A stretch of DNA of 64,000 nucleotides from Azolla caroliniana (lineage: Eukaryota > Plantae > Polypodiophyta): assembly GCA_043228905.1 (NCBI GenBank), contig JBHGNT010000014.1, forward strand, positions 20,522,001 to 20,586,000, in the 5' to 3' direction. A program made the translations under genes and the position numbers. This document shows, one piece after another, positions 25,101 to 37,764 of this stretch; position 1 is the stretch's first letter, and the number at the start of each line of letters is the position of its first letter. Under the pieces are notes generated by a model. The model did no database searches, was not told the origin of the DNA, and saw nothing but the letters and a program-made list of their open reading frames with translations.

Positions 25101-26560
25101 ATGACAAGAGAATTCTGAGAGTTTGATATTCATCCCATACCTTTTAACTCCCACACTCATGTGCATTTGTCACTCAACGTCAGGTTTTATCAGCACAATG
25201 GCACGGATACCCATCCAACCTTAAGAATTTTCCCATGCATTAATGTTGCACACACAAAAGTGTGAATCATGCATTATTTTAAAGATGCCCTCCCAAATTA
25301 TAGAATACTTTTTTGGTATTTAGATCATGTTTCCTTGATTTTTCTCTCATACCTGGCAATGACTCTCATACTCTTTTTCAATAATATAATGGAGCTCCTG
25401 AGCTTTCAAGCAACTTAGCGTTTTTGCGATTAAATAGCTGTGATTAGTGTACCTCCATATATACACTTCATGATAAGATGGTTAATGACTACTCAGATGG
25501 TATCAATGACATGACATCTCGAAGTAATTGGAATTATATCAGCCACATTCAAACAGTTATATAATGAGACCCCAAAATAATCAATCAGAGAAAGCATTAG
25601 CACGCCATCCATCACACATAAAAATAGCATTTTTTAGCTTTTCTGAATCAATTTAATAAAGGGCTTCTTCACATAAGAGACAATTATTATCATGATAATT
25701 TTTCTGCTTTGCAAATTTTCCTTTCAAATCGTCAACGATAAAATCATTTACACAGCATCTAAAGACTATACCTTAGTAAAATAACAGATTTTAGCATCAG
25801 TGCCTTACAGCAAACATGGAGTGCGGTTGGTATACCGCTCAAATACGGCGCATCCCACTCTCGATAGCAATGAAATCATCTTTATAGGCAGCATAAAATG
25901 ATGTACCAAAGTCTCTCCTTCAAAATCATCTTATTAAAAACATAATATGGAAGGCAAAGGGAGAGTTTGATCTCCAAACCTGTGGCTAGAGGGAACATGT
26001 TATGGAACTTGATACTCAGGGTCGTGAATGTTGATACTCATGGTCGTGGCTAGAAGGTTCCTCCGTTGGTCTTATCAGGTTGCTTTGCCAGGATGGAGAT
26101 GTTGACATTGTCCTTGAATGGCCCATTCTCGATCCTAGAAACCTTAAAATTTTACCTTGACCTTACATTAGCCTTAATCCACATGGCACAAAAAAAACAG
26201 GAAAAAGGGAAGGCGACAAATCACCTGCTGCTACGATTCTACTCGCGACTGATTTCTGCAATAACATGTGTTGGTTACACTCCCGCTCCACCACAGCAAG
26301 ATGAAGAATCATGGACGGATGGATCTGCTGTGAAAATTAGTGAGGGAGATTAGAAGACGTGTCATGGCTGGCGAGTGAGAAAAGGCTGACGTTCATTACG
26401 AGTGATAGATATGTAGATATACAGAGGGATGGAGGGAGGATCTTTAGTGGAAAGAGGCTGTCTTCTGTCAGGTTTGCGAGGACTGCCTCGCCTCGCCATA
26501 GCTTCTTTGACCCTCTGTCTCTCTCTCTCTTCTGAGTTCTCCAAGTCGGTCCACCCCAAT
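19143..26560 (-). pseudogene. Decayed ARGLU1-like (arginine/glutamate-rich 1, At1g10890-like) gene
   Basis: Exons 21435-21378, 20580-20361 and 19586 onward splice in frame to ...ELKLIKQESLKTIDLAIKSIGEESLDLEGLRKEVERRLQEGWQKISDEVAA*MTKEKEQAGVEVILVE|ESAQ...ARKEEGYRKLEKL*QGK...EELE*VEQIKILGKKDTRPKLLF. This matches the ARGLU1 coiled coil and its C-terminal K-L-G-K..RPKL.F signature. There are three in-frame stops. The upstream degenerate RS-like exons (~21775-21820, ~25980-26145, ~26225-26500) and the 5' boundary are tentative. Confidence 0.75.
22209..22525. repeat. Diverged tandem duplication (~170-bp unit x2) in an intron of the ARGLU1-like gene
   Basis: atacatc(c/t)aactcagacattt...cagaatcccc...tttcacctttcatttt occurs at ~22209 and ~22379. 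Confidence 0.85.
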
Positions 26561-26753
26561 ACATATACTTGGCTGTGCCTCTCTGCCTGTGCCTGTGCCT
26601 GCGCCTACAGTAGCAAAGTAGCACAAGACAGTCGATGGCAATATGTACAGTATGTAGTAGTAATAGTCTAATAGACAGTAGTCGTACATTTGTAGTATGT
26701 ATTATAATTGACATGCATGCGTAAATTATGTACGAGTAAAGCCCGGCATTATA

Positions 26754-27240
26754 TAACAATCTGCAACGGTTCGGTTCGGTTCGGTTTGCGAGGGTCCAAA
26801 CTGTTTAAAATTTTTGAAACCTGAATCAAACCAAACCAAACCGCGAAACCGCTAAACATTTTTCAAACTGTTAAACCATTAAACCGTAAAAACCGCGGTT
26901 TCGTGGTTCGGTTTCGGTTTTCAACATAGGTCATTTTTTATTTTTTTTATTTTTTTTATTTTTTTTAATTTATAATATTTCATTATTTAGAATTTTTAAA
27001 ATTTTTAAGATGTTCCTAAAATGTCAAAATAAGGTATAAAAATGAAAAGATTGTTAAAAAACAAATTTTAAATTTGTTTAGAATTTTTTTAGAATTTTTT
27101 TAAAAAATAATTTAAAATTTAAAAATAGAAACCGTTAAACCGTTTAAACCGCGGTTTTTTACTGTTGAAACCGAACCGAACCGAAAATGTTTAAACCGTT
27201 AAGCTATTAAACCGCGGTTTCGCGGTTTGGTTCGGTGTTC
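26754..27240. mobile_element. AACCG/CGGTT-rich MITE, copy 1
   Basis: It begins taacaatctgcaacggttcggttcgg, has subterminal AAACCG/CGGTTT repeats and an AT-rich core, and encodes nothing. Confidence 0.75.
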
Positions 27241-27256
27241 ATTTTGTGTCCCACAA

Positions 27257-27572
27257 ACAACCGGCAACGGTTCGGTTCGATTTCAATAGTCTGAAACCGC
27301 GGTTTTAAAAAATAAATAAATAAAACAATCTTTTCATTTTTAGACCTTATTCTCACATTTTAGGAACATCTTTAAATTTAAAAATAATGAAATTTTAAAT
27401 TTTGACCTAAGTTGAAAATCAAAACCGAACCACGAAACCGTGGTTTTAACAGTTTAATGGTTCACCAGTTTGAAAAATGTTAAACAATTTGGTGGTTCGG
27501 TTCAGGTTTCCAAATTTTAAAACGGCTCGGTTTTGACCCTCTCAAATTTAACCGAACCGTTGCCAATTGTTA
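27257..27572. mobile_element. AACCG/CGGTT-rich MITE, copy 2 (opposite orientation to copy 1)
   Basis: The ends aacaaccggcaacggttcggtt and aaccgaaccgttgccaattgtt form terminal inverted repeats. The interior is the reverse complement of parts of copy 1. Confidence 0.78.
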
Positions 27573-27651
27573 CGTCCCACTGATACAAAATTATTTATGA
27601 TAACATGATTTCCTCGATCGGTAGAGATCTTCTCTTGTCTATACAAAGTTA

Positions 27652-27885
27652 GTTGTCACTCGAGTTTATGAATTTCAACCTTTTTAGAGCCCATATGAGC
27701 ATTAAGTGCTAAATGAGCATTGTTTTTTTAACATATTCAAGTGGCCATAGGCAATTTGATCTCATATTGTCTACATTAAGTCTGTTGTCACTTAAGTTTA
27801 TATATTTCAACATTTTTGGGCCAGAAGAGTGTTAAGTGCTAAATGAATATAGTTTTTTTAACATATTCAAGTGGCCGTAGGCAAT
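27652..27885. repeat. Diverged tandem duplication (~130-bp unit x2)
   Basis: gttgtcact...ttaagtgctaaatga...ttttaacatattcaagtggcc(a/g)taggcaat occurs twice. Confidence 0.85.
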
Positions 27886-28854
27886 GAATGTGCCTACACG
27901 AAGCTCCAACCTTCATTTGGTATCCTATCATTTACCATCACATGCAACATTGTATATAAACTCCAACATGGAAGTGAGGTGTGACATCCTTTTATTGTGC
28001 ATCGTCTCATTTTATTGATTACTACTCATGGCTCATCGACATCATGCTACTTGATGTGGGGGCGTACAATGAGCAATAATATTATGCGTTTAGTTTTTCA
28101 TGCACATCTATATGACGATGACATCTTGCACGATAAGGGAACTCTGCCATAGGCACTTAATGTTTCCTTTTGCATGAAAGGGCATTTTGAGGCAAAGAGG
28201 GTTTTTAACACCCATCTCACAGCATGATAAGGGATCATACTTGGAAACCATACATCAACATGAATGGAGACAAATCTTAGATTTTTCTATAATTCTATGT
28301 AGTAGGCAGAGAAAGGTGGATCACGACTACATCATTCGGTAGTGTGAGAAAGAATAAGGGAGGTGCGAGCTCTTAAACCCTAAACCATAGGAAACAGGTT
28401 GCACATATATTATAATTTATATGTAATTCATGTACATAGATTTGCAGATATATGTACATAAGCATTATGCAGTCGATGAATAATGAACAAGCAATGAAGA
28501 AAGTGAGAAAGCAAACGATGAAACCCCTCTTTTCTGTAGGCTCATTTCATTTCATTTCATTTCATTTCATCTCACCTCATCTCATATTTTCGTTCCTGCT
28601 TTTCTTCTGATGAAAAGAAAGAAAGACAGAGAATTACATCTCTCTCTCTCTCTCTCTCCCCCTCATTCTCTCATATGAATTTTGTAGTGTATGTCTGTGT
28701 CTTTTTTCCTTCGTAGACCACACACATACACACGCGTGCGCGCTTCCTTCTTCCCTTCTCTGCTACCAATTGATGGTACTTCGTCCTCACCAATTCAAAT
28801 CCTTCTGTTTACAGCCACGTAAGTATATATCCTATCTCGCTCTTTGTGCCTATC

Positions 28855-30840
28855 TTCGTCTTGCCCTTTCTGAAGCTATGTTGCAGATAAGAACAGATCA
28901 GCGAAGCATCTAATTTGCATCAGTTTAGGAAATGTAATTCTTCCTTTCTTTTCTTTTGTATATGTGCGTGTATTCCTTGCATCACAATTGTACCAACTTT
29001 CTTCTTTATTTCAATAGTGATATGTTTGATTCCACATATATTCTCTTCACAGGAAATTAACCGATCTCTGGCTTCTTCCTGCTACTTGTGAAGCATCTAA
29101 CTTTGCAGCCTGCCTCTACTGTCAAAAGTTTCTCTTCCCCTACGTTTACAGGTTTTTAATTCATCAAATTTTAGAAAACTTCCATTTGTTCTTGTGAGTT
29201 TTGTGTGTGATTTCTTTCGGTAGTAAACAGATTTTCTTTCATCTATTTTTGTGAAGCACATTTGAGAATACCAAGAGAAAGCATATTTTCATGAAGTTTG
29301 GAAATAATTTTTAATCCATTCTAGTGATTTTTGCTGGAGTTTTTCCTTTCTCACTCTCATTCATTTGAACTTAAACCAATATTTGCAGTTTTCATCCTTC
29401 TTTCTGCATTGTCGGAAGTCCAATTCAAGAAAACTGAGAGATATTAAAACTAATATTTGCAGGTTTCCTCCTTTCTCTTATTTCTGAACCTAAGGTGAGG
29501 AAACTGAGAGAGAAGCATCTACATTTGCATCAGGTGTGGAATTTTTGTTTTTCCTTCTGTTGTCCTTTCTTCAGTTTTTTCCTTTCGAAAATCTGGTAAC
29601 AAATTTGATTTTTGTAGGAAAATGTATCAGTTTCTGCTTCGTTTTCTCTGTTTCTGAACCTAAGTCGAGAAAACTAAGAGAAGAATCTAATTTTGCATCA
29701 GGTTTAGATGTTTTGTTTCTATTTTTGTGAATCCTTGTTACAATTTTATAGCCTTTTTCTCTCTTTCTTGAACTGATACTTACAGATTTCTGCCTTAATT
29801 TTCTGCTATTTCTGAGGCTGAGTTTGAGAAAACTTAAAACACATCTTTTCATGAAGTTTCTTTTTTCCCTTCTATTTTCATTATTCTTGGAGCTGTAATT
29901 TCTTTCTCTAATTTTAAAATCTTTCTTAAACTTGTATATGCAGATTCTGCTATCCACCTTCTATTTCTGATGCCAATTTGAGAAAGCTGAGAGGCATTGT
30001 TTGAAGTGCTAAAGTTGAGAAAACGGAGCTAAACAATCTTTGCATCAGGTTTATATTCTAGTTTATTTTATTCTACTATTTTATACAATTTTCATATCAG
30101 TCTTGTTTCTGTTTTAGTCATTCTTAAATGTGCATTAATTTGTTCTTTGCAGGATTTGGATTGGTGTCTGCCTTCTGTTTGCTGTTTTCTGGAGCTAAAT
30201 TGAAAACTTTGAGAAGAAACTTGTCATCAGGTTTGGAATGTTTTGTTTTGTTTTTGCGATTCTTGCACCAGTTCTGTTTGTTCCTTTTAAATTCCAGGTA
30301 ATGAGATAAATTTGATCTTTAGAGAAAATTGCGAGAGCTCATTGCCTCAGCACTGTTACTTCTGAAGCTAAGTTTAGAAAACCAAGAGAAGAATCTTTGC
30401 TTCAGGTTTGAACTTTTCTTTTTTGTTTCCTTAAGCATGATTCTTTTACAATCTTTTTCCCGTCTTTGCTAGACCTTGAATGAATGCTAAGAATATAATT
30501 GATCTTTTCAGAAATGGATCAGTTTCTTCCATCTACTATTTCTGAAGCTAAAGTTTAGATAACCGAAAGAATCATCTCCTTATCAGGTTTGCAGTTTTTT
30601 GTTCTCTCTTTTGTGTTGTATTTGAAAATAGATCTGTTCTTTTCTTTCTTTACTCTGATATTAAAGGCTTGCTGACAAGGCAATTTGATCTTTACAGGAA
30701 ATGGATCCAGCTATGCCTTCCTTCTGGTATTTCTGAGATAATTTGAAAACTGTAGTTTGATCTTTGCAGGAAATGGACCAATCTCTGCCATCCTTATTGT
30801 ATTTATGAAGATAACTTAAAAACTGAATTTACGTCAGGTT
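28855..30840 (+). repeat. Array of ~12-13 degenerate exon-like cassettes in the 5' leader of the MCRS1-like gene
   Basis: A recurrent core (approximately YAG...TTTCTGAAGCTAAGTTGAGAAAAC..GAGAAGAATCT..TGCATCAG/GTTT) is separated by U-rich, intron-like spacers. Donor GTs lie at 29152, 29534, 29702, 30049, 30231, 30406, 30587 and 30838. Confidence 0.8.
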
Positions 30841-30950
30841 TGTGTTTTATTTCCTTTCCAATGGGAAATTTGCATTTGTTTTTTCTTCCTTCTTTCAATT
30901 TTTAATATCAACAAACAAGATCATTTCATCTATGAAGGGACTTTTGGGAA

Positions 30951-33900
30951 ATGGATGAGAGTGATTTCGGAAAAGGCATTTTCAGTGATGATGATGAAAT
31001 ACCAGTGGATATGGAGATGTTAAAGGAGAAAATAAATCTTGTACCACTGGCGGATATGGACTTTGGAGAAGCACCAGATGACCTTATGGACATAGATTGC
31101 TCTATACAGGATCATATTCTCGCACCTTTGAGTTTGGAGTCATCGGAGCAAATGGATTTCAAGGTCTTTTACTCCTATTATTTTGCTTAATCATGTCTGT
31201 GTAATTATTTTTTGATCATGCTGATAAAAGAACCTAGATCTGGTTGAATGCATTCTAAGCCCTATAATTTAATATGGTTCTGAAAGACTCACTTGTATAC
31301 CTACTGGGCCATGTTATGAAGCTAGAGATTTCCAAACCGTTTGAATTTGTATCACACATCACAATATTGTTTCAACGAAATACACTTGATTTGATGTGGA
31401 TAGATTGTTCATGATTGACGTGCATCCATAGATTTTCCATGTGTATCATATGGAAAATGCTTTCACATCAGCAGCTATAGTCATGTAGCTACTAGATATA
31501 TATAACAAAAATGATCAAAATTGATTGCAGAAAAATTCAAACTTTATAGATAAAAAAATTTAAACATTACTATTGCCATGACTTGCAATAAACAACCATC
31601 ATCTGCAGAAAAAGAACCAAATGAAAAGGTTTAAGCTCTAGAGAAGTAAATAAACATGATTTAATTAAGCCAAAATAAGCAAGAGTACGTACGTCGTGCC
31701 AAAACATGGGATGTAAGGCTGTACTCCTCATCTGCATGATCAATGAACTCCAATGAGTGAGCAAATACGTAGAATAATCCAAAATGAAGTATAGCTTTGG
31801 CTGAAGCATTCCGTAACTTCTGCATCATGTTATCAAAATTCTATGTATTTGTGATTGCCTATGTGATATGGTCTAAGGATCTACTACCTAAATGTTAGCT
31901 ACAGACTTAGCAATAGTTTTTGTCCTCTGATTTTTAGTTTCTAGTATTCAGCTAGGGACTTTTTAGTAGTTGATGTGTATGTATAGCCGATGTCTCCAAT
32001 GTGATTATAGGTGATATTTCCAATGTGATTAATCAGTTAAATAAAATATTAGATGGTTGCATTGCTAAATATCTCAACTAAGAAGATATCCACAAACATT
32101 ATTCTGAAACATGATAATAATGTAATTTGTTTTTGTATTCACTTAGGACTCCTTGAAACTAGATATTGAACACTCCCAGATAGAACCAAATGGAGAGGAG
32201 ACCATTCTAAAGCGAGTCAAGATGGAAGCTTCCAATGGTGGATGTAAGTTTTAAAGATTTTGGCTGCACACTGAGGATAAAGCATTTCCATATTCGTAAA
32301 GATTTGACAGAACTATTCTTATCAAGTACATCCTTTGAGTTCAAACTTCATGTTTGGAATTTGGCTCAAGCCTTAATGCACATTATATTGGGAAGCTGTA
32401 TTTACTCCAATCCATGAAGAGATGCACATTTTATTAATTTTGTATCATTATGATCAGTTCTCTTCTTCTTCAGATTGACATTAAGTTTGTCCTGAAGATT
32501 GTATATTTCTTTTACTTCTGATTTGTCTCGTAGGACAAATTTATGCATGCTCTGTTGCTGTAATAACCTTATATCTTTTGTGATTATTGTGGATGCAGTG
32601 GATGTTGGGGGCACCACAGTGACAGCAGCTAAGGTGGCTGCAAAGGTATCGGCTGATATTGTGACTGGTGGTGTTGTGGCAGAAAACGGACCTCCTCCAG
32701 ATTTCAGTTCCTGGACTGTTGAAGATGACATACTCTTAAAGAATGCCATGGAGGTCCTTGTTTTTTTTTTCTTGTTCAGTGTCAGCCCATATTTAGCTTC
32801 TTAAGAGAGAAAGAAAGATGTATTAATGTCTACTAAAGGCCAAAATAACCTATGAGACCAAATAAGTTTTAAAAAATGTTTGCGATCGATGTGTCTCATC
32901 ATACTATACCTTTTTCCTCAGCACTACACAAGCATCAGACATAGAGCAGTAAAAATTTCAAGCTGGGTGAGATTGTCATTTATATGTGTATTCAGGTAGG
33001 GGCAGCCATAGAAGCACTCGCAAAGGGTGCAGTGAAATTCTCAAAACAATATACAGCACAAGAACTTCGTGCAAGATGGTGGGCTCTTCTCTATGATCCT
33101 GTAATTTCAGAAGAATCTGCTCTTCGGATGATGAAAAGTGATGCATGTTTACCCAATCCAACCAAGCTCACAAACTTGAATCGGCTAAAGTACCCTCAAG
33201 TATCAAATAAGAAACGCAAACTCAAAAGTGTACGGGCTTCTTTCTATAAGATGCGGAAAAAAATGGCTGCAGATTTGAGTACAAATTCCTTGGTATTAAA
33301 AGTTGAGACTGAAGCAATTGAACCATTATCAGGTAGATGTTCTTGATTTGGTTTGTGAAACTGTAACCTGCAGCATCAAATGACCATTTATTGGGTTTTC
33401 AGGTATAGTTGCTTCTAAGGAATCAGAACTTTGTGTAGAAGAAAACATGTTTTCTCAAATGTTTGAACTTTTTGCTTCTGGTGGAGTGGGAGAAGTGGTT
33501 CAAGCAGTTCCATCTGGTCTAGTCGATGGAGATCAGAAAGATAGTCCAGTGATAATTCCTGAACAGAAAGATGGGGAGTTTTCGGCAGGTCAGCAAAAGA
33601 AGTCAGACACGTTTTCTCGGGAACACATGTTAAACATTGAGGAATCAAATTCGTTGGCTACCTCACAAATAATATGCTCTGATCCATCCAAAACAACTAT
33701 TGAATCAGGCACAGTGGATAATTTGCAACGGCAAAAAGATGATGGCCAGCAAAACCATCCTCCTACTGCTGAACCAGATACAACCACAGGTCACATGTCA
33801 AGAAAACTTTCACCAATTATATTAGGAAAAGGTGATGTTGATGCAGCGAAACGGTTGGAGTTACATTCCAGGGAAGGAAAAACGACTTATGCTATCGATT

Positions 33901-36900
33901 CATCCAATAAGACAGAATGTGTTGATTTATCCAATGTTGAAAATATGATTTGTGTTTTAAATACTGAAGACACAGATATTCCTTCTCCACCCCCTGGTTC
34001 TGCTATGCGTGTACCATCTCTCTTCTCAAATATGTATTTTGCATCAGAAATCAAGGCTGAAAAGAGCGAGTTAGGCAGAATGGGTTCAGGATATGAAGGA
34101 GGTGATGATTTTGTAGCATCTAGGAATGAACTATTGCCACTGAGCGCACAGGATAAAAATAATGCTGATGTTGTTGTGAAGCCAGAGCCTTGTACGGAGG
34201 TTCTTGACACGACAACTGACCAGGGTGTCCTACCTTCATCTTCTTCTAGTGCATGTGCAATTCCTCAGATGCATGGTAACGAATCCATGGACGTTTCAGA
34301 AAACAGTGGCAAAAGTTGGGTTTTGTTATCAAAGGGTAAAGTGAAGAACACCGATGATATCTCTGCAGTTGTTGATCATCCCACATCACAGTCTGAGGTA
34401 GTAGCTGGGTCCATCAATGAAAGTGTCTTCCCTTCAGATGCTGGAGTACGTCAATTGGAACAAGAGTTTCGTTATACAGATCAAACTGCAAATTCTCTTA
34501 CCGCAATGAAAGGTGGGGTTTTTTGCCAGGATTATAATGATGGTCTGGAGAGTGATGAGGAACTCCCAAATTTTTCGGATGTGGAGGCAATGGTAAGTTC
34601 TCCCATCCACATCCAATAGTTCTATGAAGCTCATGAAATATTGCTGTCCTTTTTTTTGTTAATACCAAGTTTTTATTGGCAATTCGTTTGATATAATTAA
34701 CATTTGAGCTTATGAGTATGAACATTTTCTTTTGGTTTATCTGCAGATATTAGATATGGACCTAGATCCAGTGTTTGATGAGGATGCTTTGGCAAGAGCA
34801 GGTGCGTAACTCTTACCTGTAGCTCTTAATAAAACTAAAAGAATTTGATGCAAAGCTTTTCTTAAAGGGCTAGAGGTTTTTAAATACCCATTTTTAGGAT
34901 GACTATATATATAGTGTACATATACATATATGCATAACCCAATTTTAGGATGACTATATATATATTGTGTATACATACATATATGCATAATATATATGTA
35001 TGTATAAATAAATATATAAACTATGGTTCTTGTTCAAAATTGAATTTATTCTCACAGAATCAAGGCGCTTGTATCGAAGACATAGAAAAACTTTAATGAG
35101 ATTGGAACAAGGTGCAAATGCTGCTCTAGACAGGGCATTAACTCTTCAAGGGGCTATTGCAGTTTTCTATGGCTACTATTTACGATATTTTATCACAAAA
35201 AATGAGGTAATTCTTGCTGGTTGTTGAGTTGTTTTAAACAATTGTTTTGTACATTGAGCTCAGTTATCGATGCCATCTTGTGAAATTATTATTTCTCATC
35301 TTTGTTCTCTCCCATGCAATGATTGATACATTGACGAAGTATTACTTTTCAGTAAGTATCCATTCTGTTTCGTAGTTCGGTTTGGCAATTTTTCTGGGAT
35401 GTGTCAGGTTTCAAAATGTATGGATCTGTCATTTCAATATCATTTATGCTGAATCACATTGTTACTAGACAATCTGAGTACTTCTTCTATCCTGTTTTCT
35501 TATGTTGTTTCTTAATATGCTTCCTTAGATACCCTTGTCAAGGCTATATATTCTTAATAGAAGGATTGAGTTTTCTTTTGCAAAAAGTGTGTGGTCTGTA
35601 AGAGGTAAATCATCTGCTTTACTTTCCTCAGTTCCCTTCAAGGTTATTTATTCTCACTGGACCTATGTGTCTTTGTTTGCCAGAATGCGTGTACATGTAG
35701 ATTCCTTGATTTACTTTTCTGAACTATCAGACCCATAAGATGTCTGATGAAGCATTCATTGTGTGTAATCTATCAAATCACGTGGCTAGGCACATGCTGC
35801 AAGAAAGTTTATGTTAATGATTCTACAGTAAGTCTCTTATTTCAGTGAGGACGCACTTCAAGAAGCTTGTGTACTGATACCAACTGTCATTTTTTAAACA
35901 TATCGTGTATTTGATATCTCCACTCCTGAACTAAGCATTTACTGTTTGATTATTGTGAAGAAAGTGAACTGAATAGAACCATGAAACTGTGGTAAATGGC
36001 TTAATGATTGGTTTAGAATTGGTTTAGGTTGTGGATCTCTTAAACAGTTTGGCTGAATGGTTTTGCATTTTTGTTTGGTTTGAGACTATCAAATTGAACC
36101 AAACCATTGCTGATTGCAACTGAAATAGGGTGTTTGCTGCTACATTTTACTATTTTTGTCTTGAGTTGCTTATGATGTATCATTGTTTGTTTACGTAATG
36201 TGTTCTTTTGATCCATGGGCCTTACTTTTGTACATGCAGGTAACATTGGGCAGGATGACTATGGACAGTGCTGTGGATATTGATTTGGGTAAAGAAGGGC
36301 GGGCAAATAAAGTGTCTCGGAAGCAGGTATTATTTATAACGTCCATAATGTTTATTATAAAGTCTCCTTCTCATGTTTATGATAATAAGCATTTTCTGTA
36401 GTTTACAAATGTCTTCTATCTTTTTTTTCTGTATTTCCACACACACAGAGCATTGCTATCTACATTTGGGAGGCAAATTTTTCCAAGCTTGAATAATATT
36501 ATGTTCGACTCTTTGTTCCTGATTATCATATTTACTTCTTTTTGTTATTTAGGCCACAATTAAGCTGAAGAAGGATGGTGTCTTCTATTTGAAAAATTTG
36601 GGTCGGCGAGACCTATCAGTGAATAATATCCCCATTCCATATGGTCAACATGCACACCTTGGATCAAATTGCCTAATTGAGGTGATATGTCATGTCATGA
36701 GTTTTTGCCTTCAAGATTTCATTTAGAAGCTTTTCAAGAGAGTAGAGTATATGCTGATGTTGTTTCATTCCATGCATCATTATTACAGTAATATTAATTT
36801 CTGTAAAAGAAAATGAAGGAAAGCTACTTCTAATTCTGTTCTCCTTTGTGATAGTATGGTTTAGTGATTGTTCATTTACTCGTTTCTAGTTAATTCAGCT

Positions 36901-36984
36901 TAGGTAGTTGGGACATGAACGATATGCTCGATGGAGTGAATGGTCTGTACTACATATGCAACTATTCTCTCTCTCTCTATATAT

Positions 36985-37041
<57 letters not shown>

Positions 37042-37764
37042 ATAGCTATAACATATACCTTGCTATTAAGTGTTCCTTTTGTTGCTATATCATAGAACTT
37101 ACAAACGAAGTTTGTGGAAACTGGATATCTGCTTTTTACCACCAGAAACAAGACAACTAAAACAGAAATAGAGCTTTTCTTTATATCTAATGCAAGCAGT
37201 GGAAAAACCATTTATAAAATTTAGAAAGGGAAAACTCTGTGATGCCCTTGGGTTTCTGTTTTTTTATTTACCCAAATGTTATTGGTCAGCTCCTCATGAA
37301 TAATTACATGGTTAATTCATGCACGTTTTCTCAACTCTATGAGATATTTGACCTGGGTTAACTGGAGCATCTGATGAAACAAAGGAAACAAAGGGGTAGT
37401 TTTGGCATTTTTAGTTCTTTCCATAGAAAAAGCAATGCGCCTTTGCACATGCATGTCGGAAAGTTGACTAAGGATATGTTAGGCAGAAGATATGTTTTTT
37501 TAATAATGGAAGGATATATAATTCATGTTTATAATAGGCTGGTTTTTTTTGCGATATCTACTAATTAACTTTCATTGGTTGAATGTTTTATAGACCTTAA
37601 ATCGTATACATACTAACTTAGTAAAGAAACTGTTCTATTTTGTTTAGGTGGGTGGGATGCGATTCGTTTTTGAGATTAATAAGAAACTGGTCAAACAACA
37701 TGTAGCAGAAATGCATAACTCTCTACAACATGGTGGTGAAGTGGGGATCAAGAAATGTGTGTAA
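30951..37764 (+). CDS. Microspherule protein 1 (MCRS1)-like protein with MCRS_N and C-terminal FHA domain
   Basis: Hand-spliced GT-AG exons 30951-31163, 32147-32243, 32599-32753, 32996-33332, 33403-34592, 34747-34801, 35058-35206, 36240-36326, 36553-36681 and 37648-37764 have consistent phases. Motifs include WTVEDDILLKNAME|VGAAIEALAKGAVKFS..ELRARWWALLYDP, ICVLNTEDTDIP, PNFSDVEAMILDMDLDP, VTLGR..VDIDLGKEGRANKVSRKQA and CLIEVGGMRFVFE. Confidence 0.92.
36966..37036. repeat. (CT)n-(AT)n-(AG)n compound microsatellite in an MCRS1-like intron
   Basis: Directly visible. Confidence 0.9.

Noticed and set aside
28855-30840. Leader cassettes as a box C/D snoRNA cluster (recurrent CTGA) or a CRISPR-like array
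   Set aside because: There is no convincing box C (RTGATGA) at a suitable distance. The repeats are long, degenerate and bounded by splice signals. The context is eukaryotic with no cas genes.
1-37764. Two FHA-domain genes plus other RNA-processing genes (DDL, ARGLU1-like, MCRS1-like) as a functional cluster
   Set aside because: DDL and MCRS1 are ancient, distinct families 30 kb apart. Co-location is plausibly chance without synteny evidence.
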